From assembly GCA_963666415.2 (NCBI GenBank), contig CAXXPD010000003.1:1501907-1565906 (forward strand): DNA of 64,000 nt, in the 5' to 3' direction. The DNA is from Dehalococcoidia bacterium (GTDB lineage: Bacteria; Chloroflexota; Dehalococcoidia; Lucifugimonadales; UBA3495). The notes beneath the pieces are model-generated. The model searched no databases and was not told where the DNA came from. It was given only the letters and a program-made list of their open reading frames with translations. Of the stretch, positions 38,540 to 48,275 are shown in pieces (the stretch's first letter is position 1; the number at the start of each line of letters is the position of its first letter). The translations under genes and the position numbers were made by a program.

Positions 38540-39682
38540 TTACCGATAGAAACCCCGTCGGTTCTGACGTTGTTGAAGGAACGTGGGCAGTTCGTAATCC
38601 CGCCGGTCCGGGACGTCCATTTCGCCGAGCAACTTGGCGATGTCGTCCTCGGGTTGCTGCGTTACCTCTGGGAAGTCGGCGGCCACCATGGTCATTTTCA
38701 CTTCGTCATCCAGCCGAGCGTCCCGGCTGGTGCCGAAAATGATGTTTGCGTTGGGGTCGGCCAGGTCTTCCACCACCCCGGCTGCTTCCTGCACTTCCTG
38801 CAGCGACATACCATTGCCGCCGGTGAGCACGAACAGGATGCGCCGGGAACCCTCCAGCGAGATATCCAGCAGGGGGCTTTCGGTGCACTGCCGGGCCGCT
38901 TCCCGAGCCCGACCCGGGCCGCGACCACGGCCAATAGACAGCCAGGCCTGACCAGCGCCGGCCAATATGGTTTTGACATCGGCAAAGTCCACGTTGATCT
39001 CACCCGGTACCGTTACAACCTCGGCGATGGCAGTGATGCCCTGGTGCAGCACCGAATCCGCCAGTTTCAAGGCGTCTTCCCACGTGTAGGAATCGGCCTG
39101 CTCGTCGTTGATGGCAAGCAAGCGGTCGTTGGGTATGACAATCATGGTGTCTACGTTGTCGCGCAGCTTTTCCAGACCTTCATCGGCGTTGCGACGGCGG
39201 GTCTGAGCTTCAAACGCAAAAGGCCGGCTGACCACGGCTACGGTCAGTGCCCCGGATTCTTTGGCAATCTGTGCCACCACGGGCGCTGCGCCGGTGCCGG
39301 TGCCACCGCCCATGCCTACCGCCAGGAACACCATGTCGGCGCCCCGCACCGCCTGTTCGATATCGCCGCGGGCTTCCTCGGCCGCCTGCCGACCAAGCTC
39401 GGGTTGCGCTCCCGCGCCCAGACCCCGAGTAAGGTTGCGGCCCAGCGCGATGCGATAGTGCACGTCGCAGCGGGACAGATGCTGTGCGTCGGTGTTGAGG
39501 GCATAGTATTCAACGACGGGCAGCTTTTCTTTGTACATGCGGCTGACCGCGTTGCAGCCGCCACCGCCAACACCAAATACTTTGATCAGGGGGACGCCGC
39601 GGCCAATTTCAGGAATCATGCCTTCGCCTTCTTCAAAGCCACCAGTGGGCTCCCAGGAAGCGGAATTATCTGGAAATATCAT
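38540..39682 (-). CDS. ftsZ: Cell division GTPase FtsZ
   Basis: GVGGGGCNAV, GMGGGTGTGAAPV, and the C-terminal DYELPTFL peptide. Confidence 0.96.
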   Translation of the reverse strand: MIFPDNSASWEPTGGFEEGEGMIPEIGRGVPLIKVFGVGGGGCNAVSRMYKEKLPVVEYYALNTDAQHLSRCDVHYRIALGRNLTRGLGAGAQPELGRQAAEEARGDIEQAVRGADMVFLAVGMGGGTGTGAAPVVAQIAKESGALTVAVVSRPFAFEAQTRRRNADEGLEKLRDNVDTMIVIPNDRLLAINDEQADSYTWEDALKLADSVLHQGITAIAEVVTVPGEINVDFADVKTILAGAGQAWLSIGRGRGPGRAREAARQCTESPLLDISLEGSRRILFVLTGGNGMSLQEVQEAAGVVEDLADPNANIIFGTSRDARLDDEVKMTMVAADFPEVTQQPEDDIAKLLGEMDVPDRRDYELPTFLQQRQNRRGFYR

Positions 39683-39808
39683 CGTGGTTGTTCCTCCTGC
39701 TGTTATTGGGTTTCAAAAATCGACTTTTCGTTTGCAATTGGCTTGTTGGCAACAGTCGATTCCCAGCGCGTCGTAATATTCGCGGGTCGGTCTGATACCA
39801 GGGATTTC

Positions 39809-41083
39809 TTAGTCGCGCTCCTGTTGGCGCGTTCCGGATCGCGAGAATGGACGGCGCAGCAAAGATCCCGGTGACCAGTTCCGATCTCCCTCTCCCCGGA
39901 CTCGGCCCCGATCAGGCTGGTTTCGATGCTTCACCGCCCATTGCAGCACGCCTAAAGCCGCCGCGTATTCCGGTTGGCGCAGGGATTCGGGTAGGCCGGC
40001 GTACCATAGAGGCACACCAATCCGAACCTGCGTTCCCAGTCCGCGTGCGGTCATTTCGGCGAAACCCGGCATCCTGGATCCGCCACCGGTCAGCACTACG
40101 CCACCGGCCAGCGGAGTCCCTGTGTCGGCCTGGGACAATTCCTGCTGAATCAGTTTCAGCATTTGCAGTGAGCGCAGGTAAAGCGGCTCGCAGAGTTCTC
40201 GCCGCGACACGATGCGTTTCGGGTGAACCTGCGTCGCCGGCATGATTATTTCGTCGGTGGACGGTATGGCATCGGGTAGGACGTGGCCGTGCTCGATTTT
40301 CAGTTCTTCGGCCATTTGGTAGGGCGCTCGTAGGGCAATGGCCATGTCGCGGGTTAACTGGTTGCCGCCGACGGGGATGACCGACGAGAAGCAAGGGGTT
40401 CCTTCCCGATAGCACGCAATTTTTATGGTGCCCGCCCCAATGTCGATGGCGACGACACCCATCTCGCGCTCGTCCGCAGTCAATATCCCCTCGCCCGAGG
40501 CCAGGGCATGGGCCACCAGGCCTTCGACGCGCAATTTAGACGTTTGCAATGCCCGTACTGTATTTCCCATGGGTACCGACTTGCCGCGCACGATATGCGC
40601 GTCGACCTGCAATTCGTTGGTGTGCAGCCCGGTCGGGTTGCGAACCCCAGCCATCCCATCCAGCCGATAGCGCATCGGGATGATGTGCAGAACCTGTTCA
40701 GTGCGACTGTTTACCTGTTGCTGCAACATTCCCGACGAACCGCCGATCAACTCCCGCAGGTGCTGTTCCGTTACGGTCAATAGCTCATTTCCATCGCTGA
40801 GCAACTCGGACGAGTTCTCACTGACCAGATGGTCGCCGTTCACTACGGCAAAAAAATGGCTGACCGGGTTTCGACCGACGTAACGGAGGCATTCATTCAG
40901 GCTGTCGCGGACGGACTCCTTGACTTCACCCAGGTCGTCGATGGTTCCCTGTCGTACACCAACGGATGGCGCGGTGCCGGTTCCCAACGGTTTCAGCTCG
41001 CCCTCTGGCCCCAACCGCGCCACGATGGAAAAGACTTTGCTGGTGCCGATGTCGATGGCGGCGTAAATAGGTTCCCTGGCCAT
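39809..41083 (-). CDS. ftsA: Cell division protein FtsA
   Basis: Actin-like ATPase pattern (AAIDIGTSK, VAIDIGAGT, VLTGGGS), located directly upstream of ftsZ. Confidence 0.9.
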   Translation of the reverse strand: MAREPIYAAIDIGTSKVFSIVARLGPEGELKPLGTGTAPSVGVRQGTIDDLGEVKESVRDSLNECLRYVGRNPVSHFFAVVNGDHLVSENSSELLSDGNELLTVTEQHLRELIGGSSGMLQQQVNSRTEQVLHIIPMRYRLDGMAGVRNPTGLHTNELQVDAHIVRGKSVPMGNTVRALQTSKLRVEGLVAHALASGEGILTADEREMGVVAIDIGAGTIKIACYREGTPCFSSVIPVGGNQLTRDMAIALRAPYQMAEELKIEHGHVLPDAIPSTDEIIMPATQVHPKRIVSRRELCEPLYLRSLQMLKLIQQELSQADTGTPLAGGVVLTGGGSRMPGFAEMTARGLGTQVRIGVPLWYAGLPESLRQPEYAAALGVLQWAVKHRNQPDRGRVRGEGDRNWSPGSLLRRPFSRSGTRQQERD

Positions 41084-41181
41084 TGATCAGTTCCTTCCTT
41101 TGATGGGTGAAAGTAGAGCGATGAGGTTGTCCGATTCCGCGTTGCGCCACTGAATTCAGAAGCGTCATTCGGAAGCGTTAT

Positions 41182-42273
41182 TCAGATACATTCAACGACC
41201 CGAAGCCGGGCGCTGCGGCTCCGTGGGTTAGCGACAATTTCTGCGGCGGACGGTCGAATCACACGGCGCCGAATCGTTCGTAATGTCGGTACGTGTTCGC
41301 ATACACAAACGGGGAGTTCGGGAGGGCATATGCAGGTTGCCGTCTCTCGTTCAACCCATCCTTTGACGATGCGGTCTTCGAGACTGTGATAGCTGATGAC
41401 AACGCAGCGGCCGCCAGAGACGAGGAAACCGGGGACCGCCTTCAAACCATCTTGAAGGTGCTCCAGCTCCCGATTTACCGCGATGCGCAACGCCTGGAAG
41501 GTGCGAGTGGCCGGATGGCGGCCTCGCCTTGGCCCGCCGATCGCGCGGACCACTACATCGGCCAGCTGCGCCGTGGTCGTAATGGGACGGTTGGCAACGA
41601 TGTTTCGTGCGATTGCCCGGCTGCGGCGTTCCTCTCCGAACTGGTAAATCACGTTGGCCAGTTCCACTTCCTCGGCCGCATTCACGATGTCAGCGGCCGA
41701 TTCACCGGAGGTGTCATACCGCATATCCAGCGCTTCGTTGGTTTGAAAAGAAAGACCATATCCGTTGCCGCCGATTTGTCTGGACGAGAATCCCAAATCC
41801 AGTAGTATGCCGGTGACCGAATCGACGCCTCGGTCAGCCGCAATTTGCACCATTGACGAATAATTGCCGTGGACGGTGGTGACACGGTCGCCGTATAACT
41901 CGAGGCGACGGCGGGCAGCCGCCAACGACCGAGGGTCACGGTCAATGCCCAGCACGTAACCGTCCGGTTCGGACGACTCCAGCAACGCCAGAGCGTGTCC
42001 ACCTTCGCCCAGCGTCCCGTCGACATACACGCCGCCGGCGCGAACGGCCAGCATCTCCATCGCCTCAATAACCATGACCGGGCGGTGCAAAAACTCCCCC
42101 GCAGGGCCAACGTCGGTTTCTACGTCTCGGCGTGCCGGGTCGACATGCACTGGATCCGATGGTGCCGGATCGCGTTGGGATGGACCAATGAACGGTGAGT
42201 CGTAAGAAGCTACCGGCCTGAACCCAGACAAAGCTGTAGTTAGTGTCATGATTGCTGCCATTCCCATCGGCAC
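41182..42273 (-). CDS. rsmH: 16S rRNA (cytosine1402-N4)-methyltransferase
   Basis: HRPVM, VDGTLGEGGH, DLGFSS and SYHSLEDR motifs. The N-terminal approx 60 aa may be overcalled. Confidence 0.9.
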   Translation of the reverse strand: MPMGMAAIMTLTTALSGFRPVASYDSPFIGPSQRDPAPSDPVHVDPARRDVETDVGPAGEFLHRPVMVIEAMEMLAVRAGGVYVDGTLGEGGHALALLESSEPDGYVLGIDRDPRSLAAARRRLELYGDRVTTVHGNYSSMVQIAADRGVDSVTGILLDLGFSSRQIGGNGYGLSFQTNEALDMRYDTSGESAADIVNAAEEVELANVIYQFGEERRSRAIARNIVANRPITTTAQLADVVVRAIGGPRRGRHPATRTFQALRIAVNRELEHLQDGLKAVPGFLVSGGRCVVISYHSLEDRIVKGWVERETATCICPPELPVCVCEHVPTLRTIRRRVIRPSAAEIVANPRSRSARLRVVECI

Positions 42274-42657
42274 GGCGCAGGTTGCACTCGGAGACCATGC
42301 GCCCTTGCACTCCTGATTGCCGGCACGCAGGTGGAGGGCGCAGCCTCGGCTATGGCTATGTCCGGCGGCGATGGTCGCAACTGGTATTCCCCTCTAAACG
42401 CGGTTTGGATAGCCGTACAGGAAGTTGCCTACCGGTTTATGTCTCGCAATTTAGCAAAGGCACGGGCGGTTGCGCCTGCTACTCAAAATGCACAGTTCGG
42501 CGATTTTTTCAAAAACCTAATGTTGGTGCCGATAAAAAATTGGTCCCAACCGGTGAACCGATGGAAACGCTTGAAGCCGGGAATCTTCCAGGAGCGGTGG
42601 CGCAGCCCCGCGAACCGGACTGGCCGGCGGTTGCCCGCGTCGCTCAATGCGTCGGGT

Positions 42658-42686
42658 TTCGCCGTATTCGTTCGGTATGCTATACT
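42658..42686 (+). promoter_or_regulatory. Candidate promoter for tig
   Basis: TTCGCC (42658-42663), a 17-nt spacer, then TATACT (42681-42686). Confidence 0.3.
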
Positions 42687-42772
42687 CTCAGCATGAACCG
42701 GGCAGGCCGGCATCGACCGCCCTGCTCGGCGTTTGCTGTAACCCCAATTGGCGTTTTAGGAGTGTATCGACG

Positions 42773-44236
42773 GTGAAGGTCACCAGGGATAACGCATCAC
42801 CCATCGAACTGACGCTCACGGTGGAACTAGCCGAGGAGGACGAGAACCCGTTTATCGACCGTTCCTATCGGCGCACCGTGTCGCGAGTTAACATTCCTGG
42901 CTTCCGCCGGGGGAAGGCTCCTCGCCACATCGTTGAGCGAATGCTGGGCCGACCCACGTTGCTCCAGGAAGCGCTGGATTTCATGGTGCCCGAAACGCTG
43001 GACCAGGTGCTGCGTGAACAGGAAGTTGAGGCATTCGCCGAACCCAGCATCGAAATAACTGACCTGGAACCGGTTTCCTTCACGGCCACCATTCCCCTTG
43101 AACCCACCGTAGACCTCGGAGACTACCTATCGATTCGCGTCGAATCAGATACCACGGAAGTAATCGATGAGGACGTTGACCGCGTGATCGAACGTATCCA
43201 GCAGGAGCAGGCCGTCTGGGAGCCCGTGGAACGCGCGGTAGAGTACGGGGATCGTTTGAACCTTAATGTGCGCGGCACCATCGAAGATGAAACCGTGGTG
43301 GAAGACGACGACGTTGAGTACGTGCCCGAAGAAGCAAACGTACTTCCCTTCCCGGGCTTCGCACCCAACCTGTTGGGTATGGTTGAGGAAGAGGAGCGCG
43401 AGTTCATGGTAACGATTCCCGAGGACTACCCCCGGGAACAGTATGCCGGCAAAGACGTTCAATTCCAGGTGACCGTGCTCTCCGTCAAAGAGAAGAACCT
43501 GCCCGAACTTGATGACGAATTCGCCAAATCCATCGGTGAAGGGTTAGACGATCTGGAAGCTTTGCGTGCCAACATCCTGGAATCGTTGACCTCCCAGGCC
43601 GAATCCGCCGCCCGTAACCAGTTGGAACAACAAAGCCTGGAAGCTTTGTGCGACGCGGCCGTAGTCAACGCCTCTCCGATACTGTTCGAGCGAGAGCTGG
43701 AATCGATGCAGGAAGAGCGCGACCGGATGCTGCGGCAACAAAACCTGGACCTGACAACCTACCTGCGGTTCTTGGGCAAATCGCTCGAAGAATTCCGGGA
43801 AGAAATGCGCCCCAACGCCGAACGCCGACTGACTGGCGCCCTGGTGATGCGCAAACTGGCCCAAGTCGAAGAAATCGAAATCTCAGACGAAGACGTGCAA
43901 TCCGAAACCGACCGTCTGCTGGGATTGTCCAGCGAGGGTGCGGAACAGGACAATCTGGAGCAGTTGCGCGAATACCTTGGGATGGAATCCACCCGAGAAG
44001 GTATCCGCGGGTCGCTCCACAGCCGGCGCGTCATGGAACGGTTGACGGAAATCACCCAGGGGAACCTAGACTCCGGCGACGAATCCGATGACCCAGACGC
44101 CAGGGCAGCAGGAGAGGCTACCGCCGAGGCTATCGTAGAAACCGAGTCCGACGGTGCGGCCGACGAAGCCATTGCCGACGAAGCCATTGCTGCCGATGCG
44201 GTTGCTGCCGATGATGAAGAAGAAACCCGAGACTAA
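42773..44236 (+). CDS. tig: Trigger factor
   Basis: GTG start with an AGGAG RBS 8 nt upstream. NIPGFRRGKAP ribosome-binding signature. Acidic, repeat-containing C-terminal tail. Confidence 0.92.
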   Translation: MKVTRDNASPIELTLTVELAEEDENPFIDRSYRRTVSRVNIPGFRRGKAPRHIVERMLGRPTLLQEALDFMVPETLDQVLREQEVEAFAEPSIEITDLEPVSFTATIPLEPTVDLGDYLSIRVESDTTEVIDEDVDRVIERIQQEQAVWEPVERAVEYGDRLNLNVRGTIEDETVVEDDDVEYVPEEANVLPFPGFAPNLLGMVEEEEREFMVTIPEDYPREQYAGKDVQFQVTVLSVKEKNLPELDDEFAKSIGEGLDDLEALRANILESLTSQAESAARNQLEQQSLEALCDAAVVNASPILFERELESMQEERDRMLRQQNLDLTTYLRFLGKSLEEFREEMRPNAERRLTGALVMRKLAQVEEIEISDEDVQSETDRLLGLSSEGAEQDNLEQLREYLGMESTREGIRGSLHSRRVMERLTEITQGNLDSGDESDDPDARAAGEATAEAIVETESDGAADEAIADEAIAADAVAADDEEETRD

Positions 44237-44269
44237 CCAAACTCCGTTGTACTTCAGGAGATCAACCAG

Positions 44270-44917
44270 ATGTTGAATGACCAAAATCCCTCGGGCTTGG
44301 CACTGCCTTCCAACATGCTACCGGGGATCATCAGACCTACCAGGGAGGGCGAGCGCGCCTTCAATCCTTACTCCCTGTTGTTGCAGGCTCGCATCATTTA
44401 TCTGGGCACCGCCGTAGATGATGAAGTGTCCAATGCAATCGTGTCTCAGTTGCTCTATCTTGGTTGGGAAGATTCCGAAACGGACATCCTGATGTACGTT
44501 AACTCGCCAGGCGGATCCGTGCTGGACGGTATGGCAATATACGACACGATGAAGCTAATCAAGCCCGACGTTTCGACCGTTTGCCTGGGAAAAGCCGCTA
44601 GCATGGGGGCAGTGATCCTGTCCGGCGGAACCAAGGGGAAGCGGTACTGTACAGCAAACTCTACTGTGCTGATTCACCAGGTGATGGGCGGCATACAGGG
44701 CTCGGCCTCCGACATCGAAATTACCGCTCAGGAAATTCTGCGCCTGCGCCAACGCCTGAATACGATCCTGTCCGACAATTGCGGTCAGCCGTTCGACAAG
44801 GTTTCGCGCGACTCCGACCGGGACTATTGGATGGATGCCGAGAGTGCAGTCCAGTACGGTATTGTCGACCACGTACTGACGGAATTACCGGAATCGTTGA
44901 TTAAATCCGCCGCCTAA
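44270..44917 (+). CDS. clpP: ATP-dependent Clp protease proteolytic subunit (paralog 1)
   Basis: Ser (AASMGA), His (IHQ) and Asp (DRD) catalytic triad context. Confidence 0.94.
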   Translation: MLNDQNPSGLALPSNMLPGIIRPTREGERAFNPYSLLLQARIIYLGTAVDDEVSNAIVSQLLYLGWEDSETDILMYVNSPGGSVLDGMAIYDTMKLIKPDVSTVCLGKAASMGAVILSGGTKGKRYCTANSTVLIHQVMGGIQGSASDIEITAQEILRLRQRLNTILSDNCGQPFDKVSRDSDRDYWMDAESAVQYGIVDHVLTELPESLIKSAA

Positions 44918-44968
44918 GTCAATCTTTGCAATTCAGGACCGTTGGCGTCCAAGTATTAGGAGACCGCA

Positions 44969-45619
44969 ATGGTTATGCCCTTTCAAGATTCTCCCCTGCT
45001 GCAACCCAGCAACATTGTCCCCATGGTCATCGAATCGGGCCCCCGGGGTGAACGCGCCTTCGACATCTATTCGCTGCTGCTGCGGGAACGGATAATCTAC
45101 CTGGGCACTCCGATTACAGATCAGGTTGCCAACGTCATCATTGCTCAATTGCTGTACCTGGAACGCGAAGACCGGGACCGGGACATCAGCATGTATATCA
45201 ACAGCCCCGGCGGATACATCTCCTCCGGGCTCGCGATCCTGGACACGGTGAAGCTGATCAACTCGGAAGTGTCCACCATTTGCGTCGGCACCGCCGCCAG
45301 CATGGCGACCGTTCTGCTTGCCAACGGCGCCAAAGGCAAACGATATTGCCTGCCCAACTCGACTATCCATCTGCACCAGCCCAACGTGGGCAGCTTCCAG
45401 GGCCAGGCGGCTGACATCGAAATTCAGGCTCGCGAGATCGTGCGGCTCAAAGAGCGGCTCAACAAGATCCTTTCCGACGCCACGGGCCAGTCGTTCGAAA
45501 AGATCGCTGATGACACTGACCGCGACTTTTTCCTGACTTCCGATGAAGCCATTGAGTACGGGCTCGTGGATGAGATTCTGGGCGCGCCGATTGAGGAAGT
45601 CACAGCCGAAGCTGCCTAA
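44969..45619 (+). CDS. clpP: ATP-dependent Clp protease proteolytic subunit (paralog 2)
   Basis: Ser (AASMAT), His (LHQP) and Asp (DRD) present. Confidence 0.94.
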   Translation: MVMPFQDSPLLQPSNIVPMVIESGPRGERAFDIYSLLLRERIIYLGTPITDQVANVIIAQLLYLEREDRDRDISMYINSPGGYISSGLAILDTVKLINSEVSTICVGTAASMATVLLANGAKGKRYCLPNSTIHLHQPNVGSFQGQAADIEIQAREIVRLKERLNKILSDATGQSFEKIADDTDRDFFLTSDEAIEYGLVDEILGAPIEEVTAEAA

Positions 45620-45660
45620 ACACCTAATCACCACTCAGAACTCCGGAGGGAAATTGCGGA

Positions 45661-47058
45661 ATGAGCACCAGCAACCGCAGCGCTAACCGCAACTCCCAAC
45701 GGTGCGCTTTTTGCGGATCCTCATACCCGCAGGGGCGGTTGATGCGACCACCAGGGCAACCTCGGGGCGGCATCTGTTTTGATTGCATCCGAGAATTGGC
45801 CGCCCTTGTAGCCGAACGGAGTAATAAGAAACGCCCGGCTGCCGAGGAAAAGCGCATCCAGTCCAGAGACGACCGCGTTGAACTGACTGCCAACTCTGCC
45901 GACCGGCCCGAAGCAGCGTCACCGACCCTGGTGCCGCGCGAAATCTATGCCCACCTCGACGCATACGTCATTGGCCAGGAGAGAGCCAAAAAGACGCTGT
46001 CGGTTGCGGTCTACAACCATTTCAAACGGATTCGTAGCGAAGCGGCAAACCCTGGAATTGAGGTTCAGAAGTCCAACATTCTGTTGATTGGGCCGACCGG
46101 ATCCGGAAAAACTCTGTTGGCCGAAACGCTGGCTCGCACGCTGGATCTACCCTTCGCCATCTGCGACGCCACATCTCTGACCGAATCGGGATATGTGGGC
46201 GAGGATGTCGAAAATATCCTGTTGCGGCTGATTCAGGCTGCCGACTGGGACATCTCCCGGGCGGAACATGGGATCATCTACATCGACGAACTCGATAAAA
46301 TCGCCCGTAAAGAAGGCGTGAATCGCTCAATAACCCGCGACGTCGCCGGCGAAGGCGTGCAGCAGGAATTGCTGAAAATCATCGAGGGCTGCGTCGCTAA
46401 TGTTCCCCCCCAGGGTGGCCGCAAGCATCCCCATCAGGAGATGTTGCAGATCAATACCCGCAACATCCTTTTCATTTGCGGCGGCGCTTTTGAAGGATTG
46501 CAGGAGATCACGTCGCGACGGCTTTCCATTGGCTCGAACATGGGATTTCTGGCCCGCAACCCGCGCCGAAACGACAACGCCGACCCGTCAACCACCGCAC
46601 CGGAAAAGTTGACCCCTGAAGATTTGCTGGAATTCGGGTTCATCCCCGAATTGGTGGGGCGTTTGCCGGTGGTAACTTCCCTTCAACCCTTGGACCGTGA
46701 TGCTCTGGTCAGGGTTTTGGCGGAGCCGAAAAACGCAATCGTCAAACAATATCAGCAGCTTTTCCGATTGGACGGGGTGCAGCTGGAATTCAGCGACGAT
46801 GCCATGGTTGCCGCCGCTGAGCGGGCGCTAGCATACCAAACCGGCGCTCGCGTACTGCGCCATATCGTGGAGGGCGCGTTGCTTGACGTGATGTACGAGC
46901 TGCCTTCCCTCACCGACATCACCCGTTGCGTCGTGCACAGCGATGCTATCACCGGCGACGCTTCCCCGCGTCTGTACAGACGCGGCGGTGGCAGGTACGT
47001 AACTCTTAAAACTGCTCTGGCGCAGGCGGCGGCTGAACCCCAGAAGAAAACCGCTTAA
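45661..47058 (+). CDS. clpX: ATP-dependent Clp protease ATP-binding subunit ClpX
   Basis: CAFCG...CFDC zinc-binding domain, GPTGSGKT and IIYIDELDK. Confidence 0.95.
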   Translation: MSTSNRSANRNSQRCAFCGSSYPQGRLMRPPGQPRGGICFDCIRELAALVAERSNKKRPAAEEKRIQSRDDRVELTANSADRPEAASPTLVPREIYAHLDAYVIGQERAKKTLSVAVYNHFKRIRSEAANPGIEVQKSNILLIGPTGSGKTLLAETLARTLDLPFAICDATSLTESGYVGEDVENILLRLIQAADWDISRAEHGIIYIDELDKIARKEGVNRSITRDVAGEGVQQELLKIIEGCVANVPPQGGRKHPHQEMLQINTRNILFICGGAFEGLQEITSRRLSIGSNMGFLARNPRRNDNADPSTTAPEKLTPEDLLEFGFIPELVGRLPVVTSLQPLDRDALVRVLAEPKNAIVKQYQQLFRLDGVQLEFSDDAMVAAAERALAYQTGARVLRHIVEGALLDVMYELPSLTDITRCVVHSDAITGDASPRLYRRGGGRYVTLKTALAQAAAEPQKKTA

Positions 47059-47901
47059 TCACGCCGTTTCGGCAGCGATCGTCGCTTCTATTTCGTCGGT
47101 CAACGGCAGACCCTGACGGTACGTGTACGCCAGTGGTTCTCCGTCTCCATCCAGCGCTTCCCCTGGACGCACCTGGAGCCGCCGGTCGGCCACCGCCCGC
47201 AACGTAGTTAACAGCAAATGTGGTTCGCGGCGGTAACCTTCCTCACGGATGCGGCGAAACAGGGCGTTGTCCTCGCCCTCGGCAGCTTGCAACTCCTTAA
47301 TGCCGCTATCGGTCACTGCTTCCCAGTCGGCGTCGAATTCGCGCCCGATGATCGGCAACGAGCAATGGGACAACACCGGCCCCCGGTCGACCTGTTCGGT
47401 GGCCAGGTGGATCATCGCTCCGGTCCGTGTGGCCCCGGATTCAATCAACTGCCAGATTACCGATTGCCAGGTTCCGGTGGGACCGTCGGGCAATGCACCA
47501 TGCAAATTGAGCAACGGATAGCGCTGGCACATCTCGGCGCCAAATATCAACATATACCCGGCAAGGACGCACACGTCTGGTTGATAAGGCTCCAACAACC
47601 GCATCGCCTTTCGGTCGAATCCGGCGCGATGCCGATTCATCCCGCCACCGCCATGCTCCCGGCGATACCTGGTGGAAGATAGCGTAACCAGCGGAATCCT
47701 GTATTGCTGAACCAGCCGGAAAAACTCATCCGACCCTTCAGCTTCGCCGGGCTCCCGGTTGCTGAACACGAAGTCGATGGTTGCATTCAGCCTGCGGTTA
47801 GCGATGGCCTGGCACACGAAATTGAGCAACCCGCGCGAGCCTTCGCCCCGCCCGGTGGAAAACCAGCCTACGCGCAGCACGTGGTTGTCACGACTCGCCA
47901 C
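47059..47901 (-). CDS. Formyltransferase-family protein (PurN-like)
   Basis: VCVLAGYMLIFG...LLNLHGALP pattern of formyl transferases, with an extra C-terminal domain. Confidence 0.6.
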   Translation of the reverse strand: MASRDNHVLRVGWFSTGRGEGSRGLLNFVCQAIANRRLNATIDFVFSNREPGEAEGSDEFFRLVQQYRIPLVTLSSTRYRREHGGGGMNRHRAGFDRKAMRLLEPYQPDVCVLAGYMLIFGAEMCQRYPLLNLHGALPDGPTGTWQSVIWQLIESGATRTGAMIHLATEQVDRGPVLSHCSLPIIGREFDADWEAVTDSGIKELQAAEGEDNALFRRIREEGYRREPHLLLTTLRAVADRRLQVRPGEALDGDGEPLAYTYRQGLPLTDEIEATIAAETA

Positions 47902-47907
47902 TGAACT

Positions 47908-48258
47908 TCAGAATGGGAGGTCGTCGTCATCTTCAAATAGCGACGGGTCATCCGGTTCCGGAGCCGGAGGAATCGACCAGTCGTCGCTAGCGCTGCTGGC
48001 GGGGGCGCTAGCGGTCGAACGGCCGTCATCAGGTTCGCCAACCTGGGTAATCCGCAATTCTGTCTCTGTGAGCAGTTGCTGACATCTGTGCGCCAGCTCC
48101 ATGCCTTGCACATACAGACGTTCCGAATCGGTAAGCGACAGTTCGCCCTGCTCCAGCTGAGACACGGTTTCTTCCAGGCGGCGGTACACCTCTTCAAAGG
48201 GCTGCGCCGCCAATTCAGCATGCCATGCGTCGGTAATCGGTTCCGTCATTGAATGCAT
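47908..48258 (-). CDS. xseB: Exodeoxyribonuclease VII small subunit with an acidic SSB-like C-terminal tail
   Basis: The FEEVYRRLEETVSQLEQGELSLTDSERLYVQGMELAHRCQQLL core matches XseB. The ATG at 48258 lies 17 nt after the xseA stop. Ends in ...LFEDDDDLPF. Confidence 0.85.
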   Translation of the reverse strand: MHSMTEPITDAWHAELAAQPFEEVYRRLEETVSQLEQGELSLTDSERLYVQGMELAHRCQQLLTETELRITQVGEPDDGRSTASAPASSASDDWSIPPAPEPDDPSLFEDDDDLPF

Positions 48259-48275
48259 CGACTCAGCGGCACGGG

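Noticed and set aside
42274-42772. A degenerate mraZ or a known structured RNA (RNase P, SRP, tmRNA, 6S) in the 500-bp rsmH-tig spacer.
   Set aside because: All minus-strand frames were translated by eye. Only chance fragments appear (FRGEYQ, FAKLRD), without the GR..P repeats, a start codon or correct spacing. No conserved RNase P, SRP or tmRNA sequence blocks were seen. This needs Infernal to be sure.
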